A stretch of DNA of 64,000 bases from Candidatus Poribacteria bacterium. GTDB lineage: Bacteria; Poribacteria; WGA-4E; WGA-3G. This document shows, one piece after another, positions 38,579-49,423 of the stretch. The position numbers were made by a program, and so were the translations under genes. Every line of letters begins with the position of its first letter. The stretch's first letter is position 1. Location of the stretch: the NCBI GenBank assembly GCA_965214095.1, contig OZ243938.1, positions 1,536,001-1,600,000 on the forward strand. Direction: 5' to 3'. The notes beneath the pieces were generated by a model. That model had not been told where the DNA came from. It saw only the letters and a list, made by a program, of their open reading frames with translations, and did not search any database.

Positions 38579-38653
38579 GTTGACGCAGACGCAGAACTCC
38601 ATTTCCTACCTGCTATTAGTGGTGGAGGACAAGGAGCTTCCTACCAATTCTAA
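38579..38653 (+). pseudogene. 3' remnant of a second moaD/thiS-like gene
   Basis: Encodes VDADAELHFLPAISGG, identical in protein to 31348-31394; no start codon in its frame back to the stop at 38453. Confidence 0.8.
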
Positions 38654-38659
38654 GGACCA

Positions 38660-39451
38660 ATGAAACAAATGCAAAATCAAAAGATACCAGAAACTAAAGC
38701 ACTGCACCCCATCCCTAATAGATTGGTTGTCCTCACCTTTGATGATGGCAACAAATCAGATTATACTTATGTTGCTCCTCTGTTAAAACGATACGGTTTT
38801 GGAGCGACTTTTTTCATTACAGAAGGACTCGGTTTTCTCAACAACAAAGATCATTATGTTACATGGGAAGAAATCCGTGAGTTGCACGATGAAGGTTTTG
38901 AAATCGGTAATCACACGCGCTATCATAAGCATGCCAACACACAATCGAAAGAGGAATTGCTGTCAGACTTGATACACATTGATGAACGGTGTGAAGAATA
39001 CGGTATCCCTATTCCTGAGACCTTCGGCTATCCTGCGGATTGTCGTGGACCGGAAGCGATAGAAGCGTTGTTAGAAAAAGGGTATCGATTCGCACGACGT
39101 GGCATTGGTCCAGATTTTCCATTTCATCCAGAGGGTGGACGTGGTCCTGCTTATGATCCGAATGTCCATCACCCGTTGGTCATCCCTTCAACAGGTGTCC
39201 CTGGTCCTAACTATAAATTTGATGATTTGGTTTGGGCAGTAGAACAAGCTAAGGATGGAAAAATCGCTGTCTTGACATTTCACGGTGTGCCTGCTCTTGA
39301 ACACCCGTGGGTTGATACCCCACCTGAAGTGTTTGAGACCTACATGGATTATCTACGAGACAAAGAATGTACCGTTATTGCCTTGCGTGATTTAGCAAAC
39401 TATATTGATCCAAGCAAATCAACTGGTAGAGACATTACATATTGGCCATAA
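38660..39451 (+). CDS. polysaccharide deacetylase (CE4/NodB) paralog A
   Basis: LTFDDG, EIGNHT.YH, FGYP, LTFHGV. Confidence 0.9.
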   Translation: MKQMQNQKIPETKALHPIPNRLVVLTFDDGNKSDYTYVAPLLKRYGFGATFFITEGLGFLNNKDHYVTWEEIRELHDEGFEIGNHTRYHKHANTQSKEELLSDLIHIDERCEEYGIPIPETFGYPADCRGPEAIEALLEKGYRFARRGIGPDFPFHPEGGRGPAYDPNVHHPLVIPSTGVPGPNYKFDDLVWAVEQAKDGKIAVLTFHGVPALEHPWVDTPPEVFETYMDYLRDKECTVIALRDLANYIDPSKSTGRDITYWP

Positions 39452-39663
39452 AGTGCTACATGTTGCGGTCAGTGTAGGGTCAGTCAATGACAGGAGTGTA
39501 ATAACCAGTCCTAACTAAACTTCTGGGATCGAAATGGTTTTGGTTGACAGTCTATGGTAGGTGTGTTATTCTTTCCACAATTGATTCCGATGTGGTGCCG
39601 TTAGGAAATTTGCCACCGTATAAATCCCACTGTTTTATTCAAGACCTTAAAGGAGAAGTTATT

Positions 39664-40356
39664 ATGAAATCAAGAGAAATGAGATTCAGCGTCTTCACAC
39701 TCTTTTCATTTATTTTCATCTCAGTATATGCACCTCTTTGTGTTGGCGAGGTGTTGTTTGAGGATGACTTTGGGAAGAACAATATTGACAATGATAAATG
39801 GATACCAACAGGAAGTTGGTCCCTGGATGGTGGCACCCTTGACGTTAATGGCGGAGAAGTCGGAATTACTGTCAAAAAGGATTTCACAGACTTTGATTTC
39901 ATTGTTGACTTTAATATGGTCAGCCCGCTATGGGCAGCCAACTGGGTCGTGCGTGCGGAAGACCCAAACAATTGTACGCTGGTTCAAATCGTCGCAGATG
40001 ATCGTAATCAATTTTGGTGGTTTACGAGAGTTGGTGGTAATTATATCGTTAATGATGAAGATAAGTTAGATAATGAATCAGGTGTACACGCTGAACTTGG
40101 TAAATGGTATACGATAAAAATAGTTGCGGAAGGTGATCGTTACGACCTCTATCTCGGTGAGCGTGGAAAGAAACTTGAGTTATCGTGTACTTGGATGGAT
40201 AAAACCCATGACAAGGGTGCCATAGGTTTCAGAGCTGGTGGTGCTGAACATTGTCTGTATGATAATGTGTTAGTGACAACCGTAGGATACAGTCTTGCAG
40301 TGAACCCCGATGATGCTCTGCCAGTTACATGGGGCAAACTCAAGATGGGGAAATGA
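39664..40356 (+). CDS. secreted DUF1080/lectin-like jellyroll protein
   Basis: Signal peptide, LFEDDF, GKWYTIKIV, GAIGF, YDNVLV; C-terminal AVNPDDALPVTWGKLK. Confidence 0.75.
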   Translation: MKSREMRFSVFTLFSFIFISVYAPLCVGEVLFEDDFGKNNIDNDKWIPTGSWSLDGGTLDVNGGEVGITVKKDFTDFDFIVDFNMVSPLWAANWVVRAEDPNNCTLVQIVADDRNQFWWFTRVGGNYIVNDEDKLDNESGVHAELGKWYTIKIVAEGDRYDLYLGERGKKLELSCTWMDKTHDKGAIGFRAGGAEHCLYDNVLVTTVGYSLAVNPDDALPVTWGKLKMGK

Positions 40357-41267
40357 GTTCGGAAGGAACAATTCTAATGCACGCCGAATTGCCATTTGTA
40401 GACTGCACAGACATGGTTGAAAGTCGGGATAGACTTCTTGAACACAGTCACCAGAATGGGTATCTCTTCTTTCCTGGACTACTCCCTGTAGAGTCAGTAC
40501 TTGAGTTACGTCAACAGGTGCTCCGTGTAGCAGAGCAGCACGAACTCCTTGCACCGGACTCTGATCCAGATGCTGGTATCCGTCGGAAAGGTGTTTTCAT
40601 TTGTGAACAGGATGGATCCGAGACCTTCAGGCGTTTCTACATTGATGTCCAGAAACTCCGACTTTTCCACGCGCTTCCACATCACGAGCGTATCCTAAGG
40701 GTCTTGGAAGTTCTGTTTGGAACAGACGTTTTCATCCATCCGCGCCACATCTGTCACGTCATCTTCCCAGGAGAACATCAGTATACCACACCGCCGCATC
40801 AGGACTTCAGTCCGGTTCGTGGCTCACAGGAAACTTGGACTGTGTGGACACCATTGGGAGACTGTGATGCAGCGTTGGGAGGTTTAGCAATTGCACGTGG
40901 ATCAAACCGTCGCGGGTTATTAGATGACGGTGGTGTCCGTTCGCGTGAGTTGATCGAAGACAGTACTGAATGGGCTTGGAACCCCTTCAAGTCCGGAGAT
41001 GTCCTCATGTTTCATAGTTTAACGATTCACCAAGGTCGGCACAATATGACCGATGACCGTATACGGCTTGCAACAAGTGCACGCTACCAGTCGGTCAATG
41101 AACCCGTTGACGAGGATGCCCTCACCGTCCATCTGGGTTGTGCAAAATGGGAAGAAGTCTATTCCGAGTGGGAAGCAGACGATTCGCTGAAGTATTACTG
41201 GAACGCTATTGATATGGATGTCCAGCCGGCTTACCATCGCCGCAGGAGAAAATCAAAAAATAGTTAG
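40353..41267 (+). CDS. phytanoyl-CoA dioxygenase (PhyH)-family oxygenase
   Basis: NGYLFFPGLL, TPPHQDF (HxD), WTPLGD, GDVLMFHSLTIH; ATGA overlap. Confidence 0.9.
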   Translation: MSSEGTILMHAELPFVDCTDMVESRDRLLEHSHQNGYLFFPGLLPVESVLELRQQVLRVAEQHELLAPDSDPDAGIRRKGVFICEQDGSETFRRFYIDVQKLRLFHALPHHERILRVLEVLFGTDVFIHPRHICHVIFPGEHQYTTPPHQDFSPVRGSQETWTVWTPLGDCDAALGGLAIARGSNRRGLLDDGGVRSRELIEDSTEWAWNPFKSGDVLMFHSLTIHQGRHNMTDDRIRLATSARYQSVNEPVDEDALTVHLGCAKWEEVYSEWEADDSLKYYWNAIDMDVQPAYHRRRRKSKNS

Positions 41268-41274
41268 GTGTAAA

Positions 41275-42063
41275 ATGCAAAAAGAGAATCGCGGGTTATC
41301 TGGTGCTAAAGCACTGCGACCCATCCCCGATAAATTAGTTGTCCTCACCTTTGATGACGGCAACAAGTCAGATTATACTAATGTTGCTCCTCTGTTAAAA
41401 CGATACGGTTTTGGAGCGACTTTTTTCATAACAGAAGGTCTCGGTTTTCTCAACAACAAAGATCACTATGTTACATGGGAAGAAATTCGTGAGTTACACG
41501 ATGAAGGTTTTGAGATAGGTAACCATACCCGTTATCATAATAACATCAACACACTATCACAGGAAGAGTTTTTGGAAGAATTGATCCACATTGACAATCG
41601 GTGTGAGGCGCATGAAATCCCTATTCCTGAGACCTTTGCTTATCCTGGAGACAGTCGTGGTCCAGAAGCGATAGAAGTATTGAAAGAAAAAGGCTATCCT
41701 TTCGCACGACGTGGTGTCGGACCAGATTTTCCCTATGACTTAGAAGGTGGACGCGGTCCTGCTTACGATCCGGATGTTCATCATCCGTTGGTTATTCCTT
41801 CAACAGGTGTCCCTGGTCCAAGCTATAAATTTGAGGACTTGGTTTGGGCAGTAGAACAAGCTAAGGATGGGAAAATCGCTGTCTTGACATTTCACGGTGT
41901 GCCTGCTCTTGAACACCCGTGGGTTGATACCCCACCTGAAGTGTTTGAGACCTACATGGATTATCTACGAGACAAAGAATGTACCGTTATTGCCTTGCGT
42001 GATTTGGCAAAATACGTTGATTCATCAAAAACAACAGGTAAAGACATAACATATTTTCCATAA
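41275..42063 (+). CDS. polysaccharide deacetylase (CE4/NodB) paralog B
   Basis: Same motifs as 38660-39451; close paralog. Confidence 0.9.
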   Translation: MQKENRGLSGAKALRPIPDKLVVLTFDDGNKSDYTNVAPLLKRYGFGATFFITEGLGFLNNKDHYVTWEEIRELHDEGFEIGNHTRYHNNINTLSQEEFLEELIHIDNRCEAHEIPIPETFAYPGDSRGPEAIEVLKEKGYPFARRGVGPDFPYDLEGGRGPAYDPDVHHPLVIPSTGVPGPSYKFEDLVWAVEQAKDGKIAVLTFHGVPALEHPWVDTPPEVFETYMDYLRDKECTVIALRDLAKYVDSSKTTGKDITYFP

Positions 42064-42238
42064 TAATACCCTGGTGGCACGATAGTAAAGAGTTGATCGA
42101 AACTACAAAGTTTGATGTCTATGACAACATTATCACCAAAACCACTGAAACTATAGACGATTAAATACCATAAAATACCATTTAATTTGCCAAAAAGCAT
42201 AATATTTTCAAAATATATGCTTTTTTTCTTATTTTAAT

Positions 42239-42267
42239 TTGACAAACGAATTTTAAGTGGGTATAAT
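42239..42267 (+). promoter_or_regulatory. rRNA promoter
   Basis: Perfect TTGACA-N17-TATAAT with AT-rich UP element; boxA-like AGTTCTTTGA at 42302. Confidence 0.88.
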
Positions 42268-42389
42268 ATATCTTACCTTTCAACAATTTGGAAGGTGAAG
42301 TAGTTCTTTGAAAGTTAAATAGTGAACGTGACGTGCCTATTAATAGCTTGTGAGTACGCTTCAATTATTTGATGATGTACTTCAAAACT

Positions 42390-43948
<1,559 letters not shown>

Positions 43949-44060
43949 CAATTAACAAGGATATTCTCACACGATTTCCTTGTTCAAACGCTCTGAATCT
44001 TACAAGGCACTTACGACTTCCTATTTAACTTTCAATTGACTCTTTTTCTACCTTCTCTAA

Positions 44061-44134
44061 GGGCTTATAGCTCAGAAGGTTAGAGCGCGCGCCTGATAAG
44101 CGCGAGGTCCCTGGTTCGATTCCAGGTAAGCCCA
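44061..44134 (+). tRNA. tRNA-Ile(GAT)
   Basis: GGGCTTA/TAAGCCC acceptor stem, CGCGC-CTGATAA-GCGCG anticodon arm, GGTTCGATTCC T-arm; CCA not encoded. Confidence 0.96.
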
Positions 44135-44280
44135 TCTCTATTACCATATCAACCAATCATTTTCATCTGATAAACAGCCAACCCAAACTCATTAGAGAAT
44201 AAATCCAAACACAGAATAAAGCGCAAAGTCTCTGTGTCCTCCAATTCTTTATTATTTACAAAACGATTTTCATGCTTTCT

Positions 44281-44307
44281 GTAACCTGATATACGTTTAT
44301 TTCGTAA
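44281..44307 (+). promoter_or_regulatory. candidate autoregulatory ECF promoter
   Basis: GTAACC-N16-CGTAA, fitting the general ECF AAC..CGT consensus, about 60 bp before the sigma gene. Confidence 0.45.
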
Positions 44308-44370
44308 TTTTGCCACCTGAATTGGTTTCTTATGTTTCGGTCTATTAGAGCACGGAGGAGGGTTTAGCCT

Positions 44371-44991
44371 ATGGCGCGCCAAGCGAAGAACAAACTATCT
44401 GCTACCGAAGATACTTACTTAGCCACACAAGTCAAACAAGGGAATGAAGCAGCGTTTAGACAGTTGTTTGATAAACACTATGAGTGGGTCTATAGTAAGG
44501 CATATCGTATGCTAAAATACCACCATCAGGATGCAGAAGAGGTTAGTTTGGACGTATTTACTAAGGTCTGGGAAAAACTACAAGATAATAAATGGGACCC
44601 AAAGAAAGGAAGTTTTTGGGCTTGGCTAAATAAACTCGCGTTTAATACAATTGTTGATGCAATACGAAAAAGAGAACGGATTCGTGAATCGGTCCAAACC
44701 TATGAAGAACAGAATAACTTGCCGTTGAACCAGTACGAGGATGATGCCCCCGGGCCAGACAAACATATTATCGCTCAGGAAGCACAAGAAATATTAGAAA
44801 AGGCTCTTGAACAGGTCACAAGACCTAACCACCGTATTGCTTGGATATTACGACATTTAGAAGGATGTAGTGTCGCAGAGATTTCCCATATACTTAATAC
44901 AAAAGAAGGTACTGTGAAAATCTGGATTCACAGATGCACAATAGAACTCAGACAGATAATGGTCAACAATGGAATTACATGGATACAATAG
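44371..44991 (+). CDS. ECF-family RNA polymerase sigma factor
   Basis: GNEAAFRQLF..H, DAEEV..DVFTKVW, FWAWL, region 4 EG.SVAEIS.IL...EGTVK..IHR; GGAGG RBS. Confidence 0.93.
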   Translation: MARQAKNKLSATEDTYLATQVKQGNEAAFRQLFDKHYEWVYSKAYRMLKYHHQDAEEVSLDVFTKVWEKLQDNKWDPKKGSFWAWLNKLAFNTIVDAIRKRERIRESVQTYEEQNNLPLNQYEDDAPGPDKHIIAQEAQEILEKALEQVTRPNHRIAWILRHLEGCSVAEISHILNTKEGTVKIWIHRCTIELRQIMVNNGITWIQ

Positions 44992-45118
44992 TACTCTGTC
45001 CATTTTTTGTATTGTCCGTTGGGGAGAGAAACGACACCCGACTTTCTTTATGATAAGGGGCTGCATGTTGGGTGTCGTCCCTCTACCCCATTGAACAACG
45101 TTATTGAAGGAGATAATC

Positions 45119-47179
45119 GTGCCAGACAAAACCACTTCAAACCTAATACTTAGACCACTTAACGACACAGATGTTACAACTTGGGAACTCCCCGAAGGTG
45201 CAATTACCCGATTGGGACGGGGTAGACTGGTGAATATATCATTTTCACCTGATGGGAAGTATCTTGCTGTAGCAACTCCTATCGGATGTTGGTTGTATGA
45301 CCTACCCACGCTTACCCCTCGCTCATTGATTGAAACGGAACGCGGAATGCTTACGAAAATTGCTTTTTCTCGTGATGGACGGTGGATTGCTACGGGCAAC
45401 GCGGATGGTATCGTTAAGGTATGGGACACAGATACCTCACAGTGTCTTGCCAAAATAGATTACCACAAGATAATGGGAGGACCGTTGGGTTATTGTGATT
45501 TGAACTTTTCGGAGGATGGCAAATATCTTGCTGTGTCCAGCTCCAGTGGGTGTGCTGTCTTCACTTGGCACACAAATACTGATGAACCCATAGCACAGTT
45601 CTCGATTGATGCAGCAGATACGAATGGAAAACGCGTTCCTATCTACTTATCTCCTAACAGGAATATGTTTGCATACGTATCTTCTGTGTCTCCCATGACT
45701 ACAATAATGATTAAAGATATTGACACCGGTGAACATATTACAGACTATAGTTGTCCAGCACTTTATGCATTCACAGGTCTTGTATTTTCACCGTGTGGTC
45801 AGTATCTTGCATCTGTACATCAGAACGGCAATGTGCAGGTGCGTAATATTGACAATGCCACATCGGAGATAGTACATACCTTATCAGATGCGACTTCTGT
45901 GAGACTTGCGTATACGTCTGTTGGTGCATTGCGTATTGCTGAAATTCATGAGGAAAAAGTTGTAATTTGGGATACGGAGCAGTTTCAGAAGGTAGGTACA
46001 TTGGAATTTGAGAGACACGGAAGGAAAATATTTCGATTTTCGGACGATGGAACACATTTCGTAATCGCTAATTCACGCGAATTCCAAGTATGGAGGGATG
46101 GCGGATTGATTAAAGTTGTGTCTATGTCTGCTGCACATATAGGTATTATTAGATGGGTACGTTTTTCTCAACAGAAAAAGACACTAATTAGTGGACACGG
46201 ACCAAGTAATATGTTCTGGTCTTTAGAGGATCACCAGTTACAACATATCTTCTATCCCAAAACAGAGGGTTACTTTTTGGGAAGAAGTAGCGTCTTATCA
46301 CCTTGTGAAGAATCTCTTGCTACCCCTATTTTAGGTATCCGCAATAGCAACGACATCGCTATTACAATTTGGCATATTACATCTGGCACCTTAATTGCTG
46401 AGATGACTGGACATGAAAGACATGTCGTCCAGATGGCGTATTCACCGTCTGGAGACTTTTTAGTTAGTGCATCGTCACTTGGTGAGCTCATTGTATGGGA
46501 CACGCAGTTTTGGGAAAAGCGTCACGAACTTATAGGACATACTAAAGATATTACGAGTGTCTTTTTTCACCCTGATGGGAAGCAGCTTGTCACCGCGTCC
46601 AATGACAGGACTGCACGAGTCTGGAATGTTGAGAATGGTGAACAGGTCGGTTCACTTCCTTTAGACACAATCATAAAAGATATATCCCTTTATAGAGGTG
46701 GATCCCAAGAAATCCAGGCGTTAATAAAATGGAAACAGCAATTGGAGTCTGAGCAGTCAACTGATCAAACCATTTGTTCTGATATCCGGTTTTCTCCGTG
46801 CGGTACACTCATCGCCGGTAGGTTATATCGGCGCGGTAAATGGAAGAAGAAAATGGCAAATGAGATTAGACTTTGGGATGCAGCAACCTTAGAAATACGA
46901 ATGACGATACTGCTCCCTGCAGATGATTCCCTTACACGTGCGCTTACATTTTCACCATGCAGCCGCTACCTTGCCTCTGGAACGTGGTGGAAAAAAGGTT
47001 TAGAGAAGATGCGAATAAGGTTATGGGAGGTTGCGAGTGGGGAAAATATTGCTACCTTCTGGGGACATCCAACAGATATTCATGACCTGGCATTTTCACC
47101 TGATGGTTCGCTTCTCGCAAGTGGTAGTTATGATGGGACTATCCTCTTGTGGGACATGAAACCTTTTATTAACTCTTAG
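45119..47179 (+). CDS. WD40 repeat protein 1
   Basis: TTWELPEGAITRLGRG, many FSPDG/FSPCG..WD blades, C-terminal GHPTD..ASGSYDGTILLWD. Confidence 0.93.
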   Translation: MPDKTTSNLILRPLNDTDVTTWELPEGAITRLGRGRLVNISFSPDGKYLAVATPIGCWLYDLPTLTPRSLIETERGMLTKIAFSRDGRWIATGNADGIVKVWDTDTSQCLAKIDYHKIMGGPLGYCDLNFSEDGKYLAVSSSSGCAVFTWHTNTDEPIAQFSIDAADTNGKRVPIYLSPNRNMFAYVSSVSPMTTIMIKDIDTGEHITDYSCPALYAFTGLVFSPCGQYLASVHQNGNVQVRNIDNATSEIVHTLSDATSVRLAYTSVGALRIAEIHEEKVVIWDTEQFQKVGTLEFERHGRKIFRFSDDGTHFVIANSREFQVWRDGGLIKVVSMSAAHIGIIRWVRFSQQKKTLISGHGPSNMFWSLEDHQLQHIFYPKTEGYFLGRSSVLSPCEESLATPILGIRNSNDIAITIWHITSGTLIAEMTGHERHVVQMAYSPSGDFLVSASSLGELIVWDTQFWEKRHELIGHTKDITSVFFHPDGKQLVTASNDRTARVWNVENGEQVGSLPLDTIIKDISLYRGGSQEIQALIKWKQQLESEQSTDQTICSDIRFSPCGTLIAGRLYRRGKWKKKMANEIRLWDAATLEIRMTILLPADDSLTRALTFSPCSRYLASGTWWKKGLEKMRIRLWEVASGENIATFWGHPTDIHDLAFSPDGSLLASGSYDGTILLWDMKPFINS

Positions 47180-47314
47180 ACATTCCTTATCAATTCATTT
47201 ATAGCATTGCGATACCTGTTGCATTACACAACTCTGTCAGTCAATTTTACATAATATATCAGAGCATGAAGTTACCGAGTCTTGCATCTCATATACCAAT
47301 AAAGGAGATAATTT

Positions 47315-49285
47315 TTGAAAAACAGAGAACCCATAACACCTTCAATTAGACCTATCCACGACACGGATGTAACAACATGGGAACTCCCCGAAGGGGCAAT
47401 TGCCCGGTTGGGGCGGGGTGGAATTATGGGTAATATCATTCACGCACCTGATGGAAAGCACTTTGTTGTTCCAAGTTCCATAGGAGTCTGGTGGTACAAT
47501 ATATCTACAATGACACCTAATGCACTAATGGACACAGACAGAGGATACATTACTGCTATCTCATTTTCTCCAAATGGTAAAAGGCTTGCAACAGGTGATG
47601 GAGACGGTCTGGTCAAAGTATGGGATGTACAGAATGGTGTCAACATCGCGCAGATGGATCGGGATGAAAATGAGAAACCCTACCATTGTGTTTCCCGATT
47701 CGCATTTTCATCTGATAGTCAGTTTATTGCAGCTTCCAGTTTCCGTGATTATATCCTATACATCTGGAACACTGAAACGGGCAAACAAATTGGCAAATTC
47801 CACGATAATACCAATTATAGGTGGTGGCCTACTCTGCTACGTCCTATTGCCTTCTCTCCGGATGGCAGTTTGATAGCGTGTACAATGCCTGATGAGGGTC
47901 TATTCGCACATGCAGATCGTCGTGGAACGATCCGTACTCCCAATCATTCTTCCAACTATATTTCTGTATGGAATATAAAAACAAGTGAACAAATAGCATG
48001 TATTACAGAACATCCTGATTTTGTTAATAGTATTGTCTTTTCTCCTTGTGGAAAGTTTCTTATCTCTGGAGGAAGAGATGGAACAGTGAGGGTGTGGTCA
48101 GTTGAAACTTGGAAGATGCTCCATTCATTTAATAATCTTGGAACAGAACGGAAACAACTCTTCTATTCACCTAAAAGTGAATTGTTTGCTAAAGAAGCCT
48201 CTAAGGATAATTTCACTGTATGGAATGTATATGAAGGTCAAAAAACCGACACATACCTTGAAGAACATCGAAATATTCAAATCCCATATTCCACAAAGGA
48301 AGCACCATTTATTGTAGCCGATGAGAACGAATTTAGAGTGTGGAAAGTCGGTGATACTCAACCACATACTTTTGTTCATTCACACATAGAATTCTCTGAT
48401 TCAGTAGTATTCACAGAGGATGGAAAAACACTCGCAGGGGCAATTCGAGAAAATGGTATTATGTTGTGGGATATGACTAAACCATCATTTCCGCTAACAC
48501 ATTTGAATATATCTGGTAACAAGAAAATTGTTTCTTCGTTTGGTTCAGAAAAGATTTCTGTTATGGGTATAGAGGGGAACGCAGCTAAAGTATGGGTGTC
48601 TGGAGAGAGTCAACCAAGACATATATTCACACTTCCTAACGGAAAAGAAGAAGCGACATCAGCAGCATTCGCACAGGTAGAGAACCTGTTAGTTTGCAGT
48701 GGAACACAAAATAAACTCTACATATGGAACACTCAAACGAAAGAAATATTACATACACTCACACCAGATTTATCGGATGAAGATTCCATAGCATATTTGG
48801 AATTTAGTCCAGATGCAAAACTACTTTTCAGTGTCTCGGGACGGGGTCCCAGAACCTATCTATGGCAAGTTGAAACAGGAGAGATAATTGATACTTTCAC
48901 CTATAATACCAGAGTCATTACTTTTTCCCCATGTAGTTCAATAATAGCTTGTGCAGTACCCCCAGGAATTATATTATGGGATGTAAATCGTTCTGAAACC
49001 GTCATCGCAATGCCTGAGAAGGAAGAAGATTTTCTTGTAGCATTGTCATTTTCTCCATGCGGAAGATATTTAGTTTCCGGTTCAAATTGGCAGCAACGTA
49101 TGAATATAAAGAAAGTGGCTATTCGGTTATGGGAGGTTGCAAGTGGCAAAAACATTGCCACTTTTAGAGGACACCCAACTGATATTCAGTCATTGGCTTT
49201 CTCCCCAGATGGTAAACTGTTAGCCAGCGCAAGTTTTGATGGTACCATCCTCCTCTGGGATATGAAACCCTTTATTAACTCTTAG
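47315..49285 (+). CDS. WD40 repeat protein 2
   Basis: Same terminal motifs; AAGGAG RBS, TTG start. Confidence 0.93.
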   Translation: MKNREPITPSIRPIHDTDVTTWELPEGAIARLGRGGIMGNIIHAPDGKHFVVPSSIGVWWYNISTMTPNALMDTDRGYITAISFSPNGKRLATGDGDGLVKVWDVQNGVNIAQMDRDENEKPYHCVSRFAFSSDSQFIAASSFRDYILYIWNTETGKQIGKFHDNTNYRWWPTLLRPIAFSPDGSLIACTMPDEGLFAHADRRGTIRTPNHSSNYISVWNIKTSEQIACITEHPDFVNSIVFSPCGKFLISGGRDGTVRVWSVETWKMLHSFNNLGTERKQLFYSPKSELFAKEASKDNFTVWNVYEGQKTDTYLEEHRNIQIPYSTKEAPFIVADENEFRVWKVGDTQPHTFVHSHIEFSDSVVFTEDGKTLAGAIRENGIMLWDMTKPSFPLTHLNISGNKKIVSSFGSEKISVMGIEGNAAKVWVSGESQPRHIFTLPNGKEEATSAAFAQVENLLVCSGTQNKLYIWNTQTKEILHTLTPDLSDEDSIAYLEFSPDAKLLFSVSGRGPRTYLWQVETGEIIDTFTYNTRVITFSPCSSIIACAVPPGIILWDVNRSETVIAMPEKEEDFLVALSFSPCGRYLVSGSNWQQRMNIKKVAIRLWEVASGKNIATFRGHPTDIQSLAFSPDGKLLASASFDGTILLWDMKPFINS

Positions 49286-49423
49286 ACATTCCTTATCAAT
49301 TCATTTATAGCATAGCATAACAATACCGGTTGGATTACACAACTCTATCAGTCAATTTCACATTACATATCGTAGTGCGAAGTTACCGAACCTCGCAAGC
49401 CATAAAACAATAAAGGAGAATTG

